From a virus: 64,000 nucleotides of DNA. The stretch's first letter is position 1, and the number at the start of each line of letters is the position of its first letter. Location of the stretch: IMG/VR virus record IMGVR_UViG_3300002461_000876, one strand, 5' to 3'. Position numbers and translations under genes: made by a program. The notes below the pieces were generated by a model. The model searched no databases, was not told the DNA's origin, and was given only the letters and a program-made list of their open reading frames with translations. This document shows positions 28,174-38,356 of the stretch, one piece after another.

Positions 28174-29136
28174 ATGGCGACAGCAGATCTTATCTCTCGT
28201 CTGATCCGATCTGGGTCGGTCGGTGACCAGGACGAGTTCCGGGCCGTCGCAGGTCTCGTCATCGCTCACGAGAGGGAGAAGGGCAGGATCGAGGTCGCGA
28301 AGCGGTACGAGCGATGCCTCTCGATGCCCAAGAGACCCGCTCCTGGCGCACCGATGCAGATGCTTCCCACGCAAGTGGGAGACGACTCGATCCTGAGGAT
28401 CGCTCCGTCCTCAACGCTGGACGATCTGATCCTCCCTCCTCATGTCCGACAGGAGTGCCTCTCTCTGGTCCAGGAGCATGCCAGGGCCGAGGACCTTCGT
28501 CGGCATGGGCTCGAGCCGCGCAACCGCGTCTTGCTCGTCGGTCCTCCAGGAACCGGAAAGACGAGCCTCGCCGGGGCGATCGCGAGCTTGCTCGATGTCC
28601 CGTTCTTCGTCGTCAACTACGACTGCATCGTCGGGAGCTTGCTCGGAGAAACAGGGTCTAGGCTCGACAGGATGTTCAAGACGCTGACCCCGATCCGTTG
28701 CGTCCTCTTCTTCGACGAGTTCGAAGTCCTCGTCAAGGACCGAGCAGAGAAGGGCGAAGCTGGAGAGATGCGCAGGGTGGTCAGCTCCCTGCTCGTCCAC
28801 CTCGATCGGATCCCGAGCCGTGTCATCATCGTCGCTGCCACGAACCGACCCGAGATGATCGATTCGGCTGCGTGGAGAAGGTTCCAGATCAAGGTAAAAC
28901 TCCCTTCCCCTACCCAGGATCAGAGAATCGCGTGGCTCGATCTGTTCGAGTCCAGGACCGGGTTCTCGCTCGGGGATCGCGACGAACTCCTCGAGCACGT
29001 CAAGGCGCTGTCGATCGCTGAGATGGAGATCCTCGCCGTCGACATCATGAGAACGAAGATCCTCGACGACAGCCTTGCGATCGTCGACATCGTCGCGTCC
29101 AGGATCGCTCGTGGATTCGAGGACTTCACCGCATGA
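28174..29136 (+). CDS. AAA+ ATPase
   Basis: Walker A GPPGTGKT, Walker B LFFDEFE, AATNRPEMIDSAAWRRF. Confidence 0.9.
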   Translation: MATADLISRLIRSGSVGDQDEFRAVAGLVIAHEREKGRIEVAKRYERCLSMPKRPAPGAPMQMLPTQVGDDSILRIAPSSTLDDLILPPHVRQECLSLVQEHARAEDLRRHGLEPRNRVLLVGPPGTGKTSLAGAIASLLDVPFFVVNYDCIVGSLLGETGSRLDRMFKTLTPIRCVLFFDEFEVLVKDRAEKGEAGEMRRVVSSLLVHLDRIPSRVIIVAATNRPEMIDSAAWRRFQIKVKLPSPTQDQRIAWLDLFESRTGFSLGDRDELLEHVKALSIAEMEILAVDIMRTKILDDSLAIVDIVASRIARGFEDFTA

Positions 29137-29327
29137 AACCGAAGCCTTGCCCGTTCTGTGGGAGCAAGACCGTTGATCTGTTCCCTTGCGACGTAGAGGA
29201 GTACCGTGTCGGATGCGAGTGCGGAGCCCGAGGTCCCCAGGCGGATTACAAACACCAGGCCATAGAACAATGGAACGCAGCGCCAAGAAGACGGATCCCT
29301 ACGGGATCAAGATCTGCGAAGACCTGA
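29133..29327 (+). CDS. Lar-family restriction alleviation protein
   Basis: KPCPFCGS...CECGARGP...AIEQWN. Confidence 0.75.
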   Translation: MKPKPCPFCGSKTVDLFPCDVEEYRVGCECGARGPQADYKHQAIEQWNAAPRRRIPTGSRSAKT

Positions 29328-29427
29328 TCCCGACGATCCCTATCGAGCTCGATCGACTGGTTCCTTGGTCGGGTCCTCTCGTGATACCAGAAGACTTCTC
29401 GAGGAAAGAACCGAAGGACGACACGCC

Positions 29428-30066
29428 ATGAAGTACACGATCACTCCCTGGTATCCTGAAGGTAGTACTCCGCGTCTTCTTGGCGATGATCATTTCGAGG
29501 CCGCTGACGTCAACGAAGCGATCTTGATGTACGTCAGCGCCTCCGTTGACATGTGCTCGCTCTCGAGGCAACCCCATACCGAAATATCTGTGTCCTGGGA
29601 TGATCGCACGAGATTCACATTTCACCTCCCATCGTGGATGGTGGAGTTCATGCCTCGCGTCAGCGAGCTTCCGATCTTCGAGTGGATCAAGGGCAACATC
29701 TCCGTCCAGCAGTACGAGGATGCGAAGAGCAGGGCTCGGGTGAGGAAGCTGGCCGCTCTCAAGGTCTTCTCCGACGCGACCGCACTTGATCTGGCCAAGG
29801 TCGCCGAGAACTACCCTGACCTTCGCGACGTGACCGCCGAAGCCCTCGCCGCAGCGGTGGAGAGGACGAATCGGTTCGGAAAGTTCTTCACTGCGCACGA
29901 CGGGTTCGCGAAGCTCTCCGAGGAACTCGACGAGCTGAAGGAGCACGTCAACATGAGAGAGGACAGTCGGGATCTGGAGAAGATGAGATCCGAGGCAATG
30001 GACGTTGTCGTGGTCGGGATCCGATTCGTCGCCTACGCCTGTGATGAGATCGTCGGACGTCGATGA
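29428..30066 (+). CDS. Protein with C-terminal MazG-like NTP-PPase domain
   Basis: FAKLSEELDELKEH...MRSEAMDVVVVGIRF (EExxE...ExxD). Confidence 0.65.
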   Translation: MKYTITPWYPEGSTPRLLGDDHFEAADVNEAILMYVSASVDMCSLSRQPHTEISVSWDDRTRFTFHLPSWMVEFMPRVSELPIFEWIKGNISVQQYEDAKSRARVRKLAALKVFSDATALDLAKVAENYPDLRDVTAEALAAAVERTNRFGKFFTAHDGFAKLSEELDELKEHVNMREDSRDLEKMRSEAMDVVVVGIRFVAYACDEIVGRR

Positions 30067-31223
30067 GCACCGAAGAACCATCGGGTCGTCCGCAGGCGCC
30101 TGAGCTCAGTGACGAGCAGAGGGGCGTCGTGGACAAACTCATGGACTGGATCCGACACTCGGACGAGAGGATGACGACGGTCGGAGGCTACGCGGGGACC
30201 GGAAAGACGACGATGATCCGTGTCCTTCTCCAGAGGCTCGGGCCCAGGGCCAAGGTGTGTGCCTTCACCGGAAAGGCGGCCAACGTCCTTCGAACCAAGG
30301 GCTTGCTTGGTGCCAAGACGCTTCACAGCTTGATCTACGAGCCCAAGTTGATGTGCGACGAGTGCAAGATCCCGATCGACGAAGGATCGGAGATCGGCTC
30401 GAGATGCCCCAACGATCCTGAGCATGACGTCTCGGTCCGATTCAAGAGGCAGTCGATCCTTCCCTTGGACTTCCTCGTCGTCGACGAAGCTTCGATGATC
30501 AGCAGGGACCTGTTCGAGGACATCATGCGCTTCGAGATCCGGATCATCTTCGTCGGTGATCATGGTCAGCTCGAGCCGATCGGCGACAACCCCAACCTCA
30601 TGAGGGACCCAGTGCATCGCCTGGAGACGATCCATCGCCAGGCCAAGGGTTCGGAGATCCTCGACCTCGCCCACTGGGTTCGGGAAGGGAACAGGCCCAA
30701 GGACTTCGGAGCCTCGGCTCGACTCTACCGAGGCATCCCCAGTGATCTTCACACCTTTGATCAGGTGATCTGCGGCTACAACGCCACTCGTGTCGCTGTC
30801 AACGCGAGGATCCGTCGAGAACTCGGATTCTCTGGCGACATCCCGATGGTTGGAGAGAGGGTGGTGTGTCTCAAGAACAATCGAGACTACGGGATCTTCA
30901 ACGGGATGCAGGGGGTCGTCACGAAGATCTCCACTGTCGAGCAGAAGATCAGCGTCCGGGATGACTCCGGTCAGAATCACAGCGGGATGGGGTTCCTTCC
31001 CGATCAGTTCGGAGCTGAGAAGACCATCGACACGCGCTCGATGAGAACCACGCTGTGGGACTTCGGATACTGCATCACCTGCCACAAGGCTCAGGGATCC
31101 GAGTACGGGAAGCTACTCGTCCTCGAACAGATCTCGTCTTCGTGGTCATCGGCACGGTGGAGGTACACCGCGATCACGCGAGCTTCCGAATCCGTCGTCT
31201 ACTGCCTATCCCCTCGGAGGTGA
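30063..31223 (+). CDS. RecD/Dda-like SF1B DNA helicase
   Basis: GYAGTGKTT, VVDEASMI, GDHGQLEPI, YCITCHKAQGSEY, RYTAITRA. Confidence 0.92.
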   Translation: MSTEEPSGRPQAPELSDEQRGVVDKLMDWIRHSDERMTTVGGYAGTGKTTMIRVLLQRLGPRAKVCAFTGKAANVLRTKGLLGAKTLHSLIYEPKLMCDECKIPIDEGSEIGSRCPNDPEHDVSVRFKRQSILPLDFLVVDEASMISRDLFEDIMRFEIRIIFVGDHGQLEPIGDNPNLMRDPVHRLETIHRQAKGSEILDLAHWVREGNRPKDFGASARLYRGIPSDLHTFDQVICGYNATRVAVNARIRRELGFSGDIPMVGERVVCLKNNRDYGIFNGMQGVVTKISTVEQKISVRDDSGQNHSGMGFLPDQFGAEKTIDTRSMRTTLWDFGYCITCHKAQGSEYGKLLVLEQISSSWSSARWRYTAITRASESVVYCLSPRR

Positions 31224-31225
31224 TC

Positions 31226-31561
31226 ATGAAGCGAGGAGAAAATCTGACTCGAGAGCAGATCGACCAAGCGATCCTCGCTCACTGCGGAGACGACACGTAC
31301 AAGAAGATCGCATGGGTACGCTCTTGCCTCTTGAGCGATGATGAAGCCGAGTCGCTCCTCCTCATGCTGGACCAGGAAGCTGAGAAAGCCAGGGCTGCAG
31401 GGTTGGCGATCGAGCTTACCCGACGCATGAGGTTCTCGAGCTCGGGCGTGATCGTAGTCGAAGATCCTGTCCGACACAGCTGCGAGGATGCCCGGAGGAT
31501 GTGCCTCTGGTCTCAGAGCTGTGTGTCCAGTCCTTCCGATCAAGGAGAGTCGTTGACATGA
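31226..31561 (+). CDS. Hypothetical protein
   Basis: GGAGG RBS. Confidence 0.5.
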   Translation: MKRGENLTREQIDQAILAHCGDDTYKKIAWVRSCLLSDDEAESLLLMLDQEAEKARAAGLAIELTRRMRFSSSGVIVVEDPVRHSCEDARRMCLWSQSCVSSPSDQGESLT

Positions 31562-31899
31562 ACCATCGCAAGATTGACATCGATCGCTTCGGTGCCGAGA
31601 TTCGGATCGCTCTCAGTGACTTCGCGAAGACGAAAGCGGAACAGGAAAAACACAAGTCCGACAATGAGACGACGATTCGACTTCGAAAGATCGAGGCCGA
31701 CAAAGAGATCCGTGTGGATAAGATCAAGGCATCGCAGGTCGTGGCCGAGGAGCGTGAAGTTGATAAGCATCACCGGAACATCGTGATCTTGATCGCAGGT
31801 CTGAGTCTTGCAGCAGTCGTGTGGTTTGCTGGGATCAACGATTTCGCTGCGATCGCCATCATCGCCTCGCTGGCGATGGCATTGGTCAGCCATCTCTAG
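31558..31899 (+). CDS. Membrane protein with two C-terminal TM helices
   Basis: Coiled-coil followed by two hydrophobic segments. Confidence 0.6.
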   Translation: MNHRKIDIDRFGAEIRIALSDFAKTKAEQEKHKSDNETTIRLRKIEADKEIRVDKIKASQVVAEEREVDKHHRNIVILIAGLSLAAVVWFAGINDFAAIAIIASLAMALVSHL

Positions 31900-31916
31900 C
31901 TGTGCGCAAGACGTCC

Positions 31917-32117
31917 ATGATCAAGGTCGCCCATGCTCGTCCTCGCGAGATCATCTACTGCACCGACCGGGAGAGCTTCCTCGAGCCTGTCCCGCCGTCG
32001 ATGAGTGCACCGATCTCCGACGTCATCGCGTACATGCGAGCCAGGAACGACTACATCGACAAGATCACTGAGGCTTCTAACCGGAGCTTCGCTCATCACT
32101 TCAGAAGGGCTCTTTGA
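31917..32117 (+). CDS. Small hypothetical protein
   Basis: 66 aa ORF in operon. Confidence 0.4.
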   Translation: MIKVAHARPREIIYCTDRESFLEPVPPSMSAPISDVIAYMRARNDYIDKITEASNRSFAHHFRRAL

Positions 32118-32136
32118 GATCCTTGGAGGACGTGTC

Positions 32137-32916
32137 ATGCACTTCGAAATCACGAAATCCAACACCATCATGCTGGCGGTGACCGGGTCGTACGCGTACG
32201 GAACCAGCACGCCGCGATCAGACGTCGACATCCGCGGCGTGTGCATCGCACCGATGTCTGTGCGCTTGTCCTACGTCAACAAGTTCGAGCAGTTCGAGGG
32301 CGACGTTCCGGAACTGCGCGATGCTGATGAAGCGCCGTGGGAAGACGCCACGATCTTCGACGTAGCGAAGGCCGTACAGCTCATGGCCAACGCCAACCCC
32401 AACATGTTGGAGCTGCTCTTCCTCCCACGCTATCGCCTCGAGGATGCGCGGTGGATGAGATTCGTGGAGCACCGCGACTTGTTCTTGTCGCTCAAGGCCA
32501 AGCACACCTTCCTCGGCTACGCACACTCGCAGCTCAACAAGATCAGAGTCAAGAAGGCAAGGCTCGACGGCGAGCGTGATGACACCGAGATCATCACCCG
32601 ACGATCTCCTGAGCGAGCCGCACAAGAGCGTGCGTTCGGGTTCGACACGAAGCACGCGATGCACCTGATCCGTCTGATGCGGATGGGCCTCGAGGTTGTC
32701 AAGACTGGGCAGATGCACGTCGACCGTACCGGCATCGACGCTGGCGATCTCATGGCCATCCGCGACGGTGAGTGGAGCTACGCCAAGATCATCGACGAGT
32801 CCGAGCGTCTCGAATCGATGATCCACGAAGCCGAGAAGTCATCACCGCTGCCGTTCGGTCCCCCGCACAAGAAGATCGATGCTCTCCTCTACGAGGTGCT
32901 GACATGGAACCCTTGA
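32137..32916 (+). CDS. Pol-beta superfamily (YcgL-like) nucleotidyltransferase
   Basis: TGSYAYGTSTPRSDVDIRG, ANPNMLELLF, KHAMHLIRL. Confidence 0.88.
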   Translation: MHFEITKSNTIMLAVTGSYAYGTSTPRSDVDIRGVCIAPMSVRLSYVNKFEQFEGDVPELRDADEAPWEDATIFDVAKAVQLMANANPNMLELLFLPRYRLEDARWMRFVEHRDLFLSLKAKHTFLGYAHSQLNKIRVKKARLDGERDDTEIITRRSPERAAQERAFGFDTKHAMHLIRLMRMGLEVVKTGQMHVDRTGIDAGDLMAIRDGEWSYAKIIDESERLESMIHEAEKSSPLPFGPPHKKIDALLYEVLTWNP

Positions 32917-33488
32917 CCCCTATTCCATCTGGCCTGGGTTCAAGGGTCCAGCTTCCGTTGCTCAGGAAGGCCGTGGACGTCATCACGGCATCGATCGGTG
33001 GGATGATCGACACGATCGGGCTTGGGAAGTTCAGCAGTGCGACCGAGGCTGTCGTCCACGAGGTCTGCCATGTCGCCGTCGCAAGGACAGGCGTCCGGAT
33101 CAGGATGGTCCCCGTCGAGTGGGTTGGATGTGGACCTCTTCGCAGGCTTGCCTTCCCGACCTACGCGGTGAAACATGCGATCACCGAGAGGGGACGACCT
33201 CTTCGTCAGGAGATCCGGACCATGGCGGCTGAGATCCATCTCATGCGCTGGATCGGAGAGGTTCACCACGACGACCTGGTCGAGGAGTGTCTCTCGAGGA
33301 TCATGTCGGTGGAGTTGGCTCGTAAGCGCATCCGTGTCGTGATGAAGATGTCGGAGACGAAGCGCTCTCTGTGCGACGCGATCGTCGCGGCCAGCTTCAT
33401 GGTCCGACTCTCAGGGGAGATCGTGAAGCGCACGGATCCTGAGTTCGGTTTACCAACGAAGAGTGTTACCGTGCTCGGACCATCCTGA
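32904..33488 (+). CDS. Hypothetical protein with HExxH motif
   Basis: VVHEVCH. Confidence 0.5.
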   Translation: MEPLTPIPSGLGSRVQLPLLRKAVDVITASIGGMIDTIGLGKFSSATEAVVHEVCHVAVARTGVRIRMVPVEWVGCGPLRRLAFPTYAVKHAITERGRPLRQEIRTMAAEIHLMRWIGEVHHDDLVEECLSRIMSVELARKRIRVVMKMSETKRSLCDAIVAASFMVRLSGEIVKRTDPEFGLPTKSVTVLGPS

Positions 33489-33496
33489 GGAGAACC

Positions 33497-33775
33497 ATGG
33501 CGATCACGAGAAGAAAGCGTCCTATGGCGTCCGCGAGCTCCGCAGCGGAGCGACCCGGTGTTGTTCAGTCTCGGGTCGACGCCGGGGAATCCACTTCGCC
33601 ATCGTCGCCGCCGTCGACGCGACTCGACTTCCTTCGCTCCAAGATCGCGACGATGTCGAGAGACCTTGCAGCGATCCGAGCCTTGGCCTCCGAAGCGATC
33701 CGCTACGAGCGAGATGGCGACCTTGTCAAAGTCGTTGCGTTGTTGTCCAAGATCGAGGAGATCTCAAAGCCATGA
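33497..33775 (+). CDS. Hypothetical protein
   Basis: GAGGAG RBS. Confidence 0.55.
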   Translation: MAITRRKRPMASASSAAERPGVVQSRVDAGESTSPSSPPSTRLDFLRSKIATMSRDLAAIRALASEAIRYERDGDLVKVVALLSKIEEISKP

Positions 33776-34296
33776 CCCAGAATGATCCACATGCACAGTC
33801 GAGCACTCCGATCTTTCAAAGAGGTGGAGACCACAACGCCGTCGGAGATGCCAAGATCCTCGATCGTCTGCAGGCGATCCATCGGAAGTATCCCGACGTC
33901 GGCGTGTGCTGGGTCCTCATTCAAGGGCGAGTCATCACCTGCGATCGACCCAAGAGGTTGACGCCTCGTGGGATCCAGGCGCTGCTCCTCGACATCCCGT
34001 CGAGGTCTGAGGCCGGACTCGAGCCCAGCGAGGAGCCCACCGAGATCGAGCTCCAGTTCTTTGGTCGCTCCGCCGTCATCTTCGAACACGGATCCGACAT
34101 CTGCCTCGTCGAACTTCCTCTGGGCAGTAAGTCCAGGAAATCCCTGCGACGGTGCATCCTCAGCGTGTTCCGCCTGATCAACGAGATTCGAAGCGGATCG
34201 GGTCTCAAGATCGCGGACCTGAAGAAGCCTTCGCCGAAGAGGGCAAGATCGTCGAGGCCAGAATCTGCTCCTGCTCCTGCACAGGAAGTCACCTGA
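33772..34296 (+). CDS. Possible Roadblock/LC7-like protein
   Basis: Helix-strand pattern ending in GSKSRKSLRRCILSVF; similar ending in 41603..42004. Confidence 0.4.
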   Translation: MTQNDPHAQSSTPIFQRGGDHNAVGDAKILDRLQAIHRKYPDVGVCWVLIQGRVITCDRPKRLTPRGIQALLLDIPSRSEAGLEPSEEPTEIELQFFGRSAVIFEHGSDICLVELPLGSKSRKSLRRCILSVFRLINEIRSGSGLKIADLKKPSPKRARSSRPESAPAPAQEVT

Positions 34297-34305
34297 GGTC
34301 ACGGC

Positions 34306-35103
34306 GTGAGCATCTCCGACCCGATCGCGAAGATCACTCGCCTCCTGCGCATCGCAGATCGTCACCCAGACACCGATGAGGGGAAGACGGCTCGAGCGAT
34401 TGCGGAGCGCCTCATGCTTCAGCATGGTGTCGAGGTTGACCTCTCGGAGGTCGACGATCCGGATGCGTCCGTGGCTTCGACTGAATCGCAATGGATCGAT
34501 GTTGGGGTCTACGACAGGCGCGACGGGTGGAGGGCGAGACTCGCCGATGCGATCGGAGTCATGTTCGGTGTAGTTGTCGGATGGAGAGGGACCGTCGATG
34601 GTCAGGCGGGGCTCGGGATGACGGATCCCGAGCTCGACGCGGACCATCTCGTTGCAGCGATCTCCTACTTCTACACCCTGGAGCGCATCGTCATGAGCGT
34701 ACCGATCCCCCGCATCATTCCGACCACGCTCGGGATGATGCACGTCGCTCCGGATGACCCGCGCGTGAGCACGCTGATCCGAAGAGGGGTCTCCGATGCC
34801 ATCCTCGAGTACCTCGGTCGACTTCCACCGATCCGCTCGAGACCTTCGAATGATGTCGTGGTCGAGGACGCGGACGTCGTCCAGCGGAGTACGCTGGCGA
34901 TCGAAGGCGAGCCTGCGACGACAGAGTCGGTATCCATGGTTCGGATACGCAGGATCACCGTTCCTCGTCATGAGGAGATCCAGACCATCCCACCTCCGAT
35001 CCCGATCGCTGATGAGTTCGCCGGAGAAGCGACGTCCGACGAGGCCAGGATCTACAGCATGGGTGTCCTGAAGGGTCGACGACTCCACATTCCTCGGCCC
35101 TGA
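34306..35103 (+). CDS. DUF2786-domain protein
   Basis: KITRLLRIA...EGKTARAIAERLMLQHG. Confidence 0.75.
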   Translation: MSISDPIAKITRLLRIADRHPDTDEGKTARAIAERLMLQHGVEVDLSEVDDPDASVASTESQWIDVGVYDRRDGWRARLADAIGVMFGVVVGWRGTVDGQAGLGMTDPELDADHLVAAISYFYTLERIVMSVPIPRIIPTTLGMMHVAPDDPRVSTLIRRGVSDAILEYLGRLPPIRSRPSNDVVVEDADVVQRSTLAIEGEPATTESVSMVRIRRITVPRHEEIQTIPPPIPIADEFAGEATSDEARIYSMGVLKGRRLHIPRP

Positions 35104-35131
35104 GCAGGTCCGGTGGTAGGGTCGCTCCCCG

Positions 35132-35614
35132 ATGAGACGAACCCTCCTGGCCCTCCCCATCCTCCTCCTGGCATGCCCGAAGACCCCCCTCGACCCCTCG
35201 GGATCGATGAGCGGGTTCGATCCGACCTCTCCGGCGACCTCGGACGCTGAGCCGCCACCGCCGCCGCCCCCGGCGACCTCGGACGCCGAGCCGCCGCCAC
35301 CGCCTCCCCCGGCGACCTCGGACGCTGAGCCGCCACCACCGACCCTCCAGTGCCCTGGAGAGACCCAGTGCCCCTGCGTCGACGGCTGCCCCGACGGCCT
35401 GACCTGCGGCCCGACCAACGCCTGCACCAAGCCCTGCCGGGACAGCTCCGACTGCACCTCCGGGGTCTCAGGTGAGGCCTGCATCGCCGGCCTGTGTGGC
35501 GTCCCCTGTGCCCCAGAGGTCGAGGACGGCGGCTGTGGCCCCGCAGGGATGCCAGGGTCCGGGTGCTTCACCATTGGCCCCACCGAGCACTACTGCGGAT
35601 ACTCGCGCACCTAG
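35132..35614 (+). CDS. Cys-rich lipoprotein with Pro-rich tandem repeats
   Basis: LLLAC lipobox; PATSDAEPPPP three times; CPGETQCPCVDGCPDGLTC. Confidence 0.8.
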   Translation: MRRTLLALPILLLACPKTPLDPSGSMSGFDPTSPATSDAEPPPPPPPATSDAEPPPPPPPATSDAEPPPPTLQCPGETQCPCVDGCPDGLTCGPTNACTKPCRDSSDCTSGVSGEACIAGLCGVPCAPEVEDGGCGPAGMPGSGCFTIGPTEHYCGYSRT

Positions 35615-35637
35615 CGTCCGTCGGGGTACGCTCGATC

Positions 35638-35904
35638 ATGGCAAAAACCAAGCACAAGGACGTCTACTTCTACGTGAAGGGGCGCGCTCGACCGGTGAAG
35701 AGCTACGAGGAAGCCATCCTGGATGCCGCATCCCGCGCTGCAATGTCTGGGAAAACGATCACGATCGATGTCTACGCCCAATCGTTGGCCGGGGCGAAGT
35801 GGTACAAGAGTATGTTCGGGCCACCGAACGACCCGGTGGTCGCGTACGATCGATCGAGGAACGATGTCGTGAAGATCGACACCCTGAAGCTCACCTTGAA
35901 GTGA
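35638..35904 (+). CDS. Hypothetical protein
   Basis: 88 aa ORF. Confidence 0.6.
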   Translation: MAKTKHKDVYFYVKGRARPVKSYEEAILDAASRAAMSGKTITIDVYAQSLAGAKWYKSMFGPPNDPVVAYDRSRNDVVKIDTLKLTLK

Positions 35905-36119
35905 GCGGTGTCCGGGGTGGCCCACCTGGGCGGCATTCCCCTACGTGGACATCGAAGCCCAGATCGCCATCATCGAAGCCATGACCTACGACGAGCTCGT
36001 CGAGTACTTCGGCGGGCCGTCGGAGGCAGCGGAAGAGATCGAGAGAACCAAGAGAGTTCTGCTCGACGCCGTCACGAAATGGGAATCAAAAAACGGTGGT
36101 TCCGTGCCAGGATGACCAG

Positions 36120-36476
36120 GTGACGTCTCGGCCGAAGAGGATCGCGGTAGTCACGGGATCACCCGACTACATGCCGAGTCCCAGCGAGCTTGCGGAACTC
36201 GGCCGCGTGCTCGAGGATCGGGACATCGAGGTAGTCCGAACCGGCGGGTCCTCCGGCGTCGAAGCTGTCGTCCACGCGTACGTGCTAGGGATCTGGCAAC
36301 GCGAGTCGTGGGAGAGGAGCGTCGGTGATGCGTCCAAACACAACGCCGAGATGCTGGGAACCCCCGGGGTTCGTCTCGTCGTGGCGTTCAAAGGTCGCGG
36401 TGAGACCTTCGACTGCATCAAGCAGGCGAAGAAGCGGGGCGTCGACGTCTACGTGATCAGCGAAGGCCGATGGTAG
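36120..36476 (+). CDS. SLOG superfamily (DUF2493/YspA-like) protein
   Basis: IAVVTGSPDY, TGGSSGVEA, HNAEML, LVVAF.GRGETFDCIKQAKKRGVDV. Confidence 0.65.
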   Translation: MTSRPKRIAVVTGSPDYMPSPSELAELGRVLEDRDIEVVRTGGSSGVEAVVHAYVLGIWQRESWERSVGDASKHNAEMLGTPGVRLVVAFKGRGETFDCIKQAKKRGVDVYVISEGRW

Positions 36477-36495
36477 TAGAATCAGAGAACACGAA

Positions 36496-36999
36496 ATGAA
36501 GACCAAGGGAAAAGATAAAATCCGCCTTCCTGATGGCCAGGTGATGACGCTCTCAGAGGCGTTTGATCGAGGCATGGTTGTTCCGATCGCTACCGCAGGA
36601 AGGGGTAGTTCCCAAAGGTACTTTGCCAGATATACTCTCGGAGACTTCTCATGGGAGATCGGGAAGATGTTGTACGACTCAAGATCTTCAAAGATCGAAG
36701 GAGTCAAAGACAAGGACCGAAGCTCTCCAAGTCCGACATGGCATGGACCGTTTGAATCTGACCGTGTCGACGTGATCCACCTCTGGCAAGGTGAAACACC
36801 ATGGTCGACATCCATGGGAGAAGTGGAGTTCCGCGAAGATGAAACCTACTGGTGGAGGTCAATGACCAACAGCGGATGGACCAAGTGGAAAGAGGCTGAG
36901 TCACTCGATGATGCCAAATCCAAAGTCGAGGATGCCGGGATGGAACAGAATCCGACACCCAGTCAAAAGTCAGCTGCGAGACGTCTCGCCAACCCATAG
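36496..36999 (+). CDS. Hypothetical protein, visibly lower GC
   Basis: 167 aa ORF. Confidence 0.6.
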   Translation: MKTKGKDKIRLPDGQVMTLSEAFDRGMVVPIATAGRGSSQRYFARYTLGDFSWEIGKMLYDSRSSKIEGVKDKDRSSPSPTWHGPFESDRVDVIHLWQGETPWSTSMGEVEFREDETYWWRSMTNSGWTKWKEAESLDDAKSKVEDAGMEQNPTPSQKSAARRLANP

Positions 37000-37070
37000 C
37001 CCGATCTCGAGTGCATGCGTCGACGAGTCGACGCGCAGGATTCTCGAAGCTGACGCGGAGTGGAAAGCAG

Positions 37071-37292
37071 TCACCGGACGATGTTGCCGTAACCGTCGAA
37101 CCAGATCGATTCCACGGGAGCGTCGATGATTATGTGGTCAGGAACACCGGATCGGATCACCAGCGTCCTCGCCTCGGGCCGGTACTGGACGATGACATCC
37201 GCTCGGAACGCCCGCTGATCCTCTCGGATGCGGCGAAGAAGCTTGCGCCGGAGACGTCGACGCTCGGTACGGTTATGGGCGCATCTGGTCAC
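37071..37292 (-). CDS. Small hypothetical protein
   Basis: GTG start just after the stop of the ART-like gene. Confidence 0.4.
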   Translation of the reverse strand: MTRCAHNRTERRRLRRKLLRRIREDQRAFRADVIVQYRPEARTLVIRSGVPDHIIIDAPVESIWFDGYGNIVR

Positions 37293-37293
37293 G

Positions 37294-37872
37294 TCACGAT
37301 CCTTCGGAGAGGCGAGCTGCGAGCTCTCGCATGCGTCGGGTCCTGATCCTGTCGACGTCCTGAACGTCTGAAGATCCTGTCTTCTTGTAAGACAGGATCT
37401 TGTCGAGGTTGTAGAGCACGAGCCAGTCCTCGTCGGCGTGATGGACGACGGCGGCATCGATCCCGTTCTTGACGTACCACTCGGCAAGCATGGGCCCTGC
37501 GACACCCTTGAGCGCTCCGTGGTGAGACATCAAGTTCTCGATGACGAAGGCATGAACGGAGTCCTTACCTCGTCGTTGAGCGTTGAGGAGGATGTCGTCG
37601 GCGATCTTCTTCTTGTTCCTCAGTCTCGGGATCGAGGACAGGAAGTCGACTGCGTCCTTGACACCGATCTCGGCGTCATCGGTCGTGGTGAGATCCGGAT
37701 CGATCTCGAAGCGAAGGATCGATCCTCCTCCCTTCGCGTATTTTCGCGCAGTACTCGCGGACGTCGTCAAGTACAAGCCTGATCCGTACTCCGACTTGCC
37801 CTTCCCTGCGCGTTGGAGCTGAGGCGGCCCCTGCCAGTTCTGAGATCCGTGCCACAGGATCAGAGGTTCCAC
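37294..37872 (-). CDS. ADP-ribosyltransferase-like protein
   Basis: LWHGS...YGSGLYLTTS...ARKYA, the H-G / Y-x-S/T pattern of ART folds. Confidence 0.55.
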   Translation of the reverse strand: MEPLILWHGSQNWQGPPQLQRAGKGKSEYGSGLYLTTSASTARKYAKGGGSILRFEIDPDLTTTDDAEIGVKDAVDFLSSIPRLRNKKKIADDILLNAQRRGKDSVHAFVIENLMSHHGALKGVAGPMLAEWYVKNGIDAAVVHHADEDWLVLYNLDKILSYKKTGSSDVQDVDRIRTRRMRELAARLSEGS

Positions 37873-38180
37873 GGGTGACCGCCTCTCATTTTCTCGACCC
37901 TACCACGTCCAAGGTCCAAGGGGGCATCTCGCTCCTCCGCGAGCTCGAGGATGCTGCAAGCCTCCTGTCGCGTCTCTGGCCTACCCTGCCAGAGCTTGGA
38001 CCTCCTGACGTTGCAGCATCCCAAGCAGGAGCACTTCGCGAGGTTGTCCGCGAAGCGTCGCGCCACGATCCGGATCGTTCCTGGATCCACGTCGAGACCT
38101 TCCATCCTCCTGTTCATGAGTCGCTCGGACCTGGCGACCATTCTCGCCCGGTGATGACGGCGCATCGACCTCTTCGACAT
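37860..38180 (-). CDS. Small basic protein with CSCxxCCN motif
   Basis: RRHHRARM...KCSCLGCCNVRR. Confidence 0.55.
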   Translation of the reverse strand: MSKRSMRRHHRARMVARSERLMNRRMEGLDVDPGTIRIVARRFADNLAKCSCLGCCNVRRSKLWQGRPETRQEACSILELAEERDAPLDLGRGRVEKMRGGHPWNL

Positions 38181-38276
38181 GACGGGACCTTCAGCCCTGC
38201 CCGGTCATCCAAGGGTCATCCTTGGAGCCGGGCTACGGCGTGTTGGATCGCGTCATGTCGAACAAGGTACCACGGG

Positions 38277-38351
38277 TGCGCCCGGCAGGAATCGAACCTG
38301 CGACATTCGGCTTAGAAGGCCGACGCTCTGATCCGGCTGAGCTACGAGCGC
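38277..38351 (-). tRNA. tRNA-Arg (TCT)
   Basis: GCGCTCG acceptor stem, TAGCTCAG D arm, TCGGC-CTTCTAA-GCCGA anticodon arm, GGTTCGATTCC T loop; CCA not encoded. Confidence 0.95.
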
Positions 38352-38356
38352 ATGGG

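Noticed and set aside
36496-36999. Lower-GC gene as a separate mobile insertion
   Set aside because: I found no flanking repeats or mobility gene; composition alone is insufficient.
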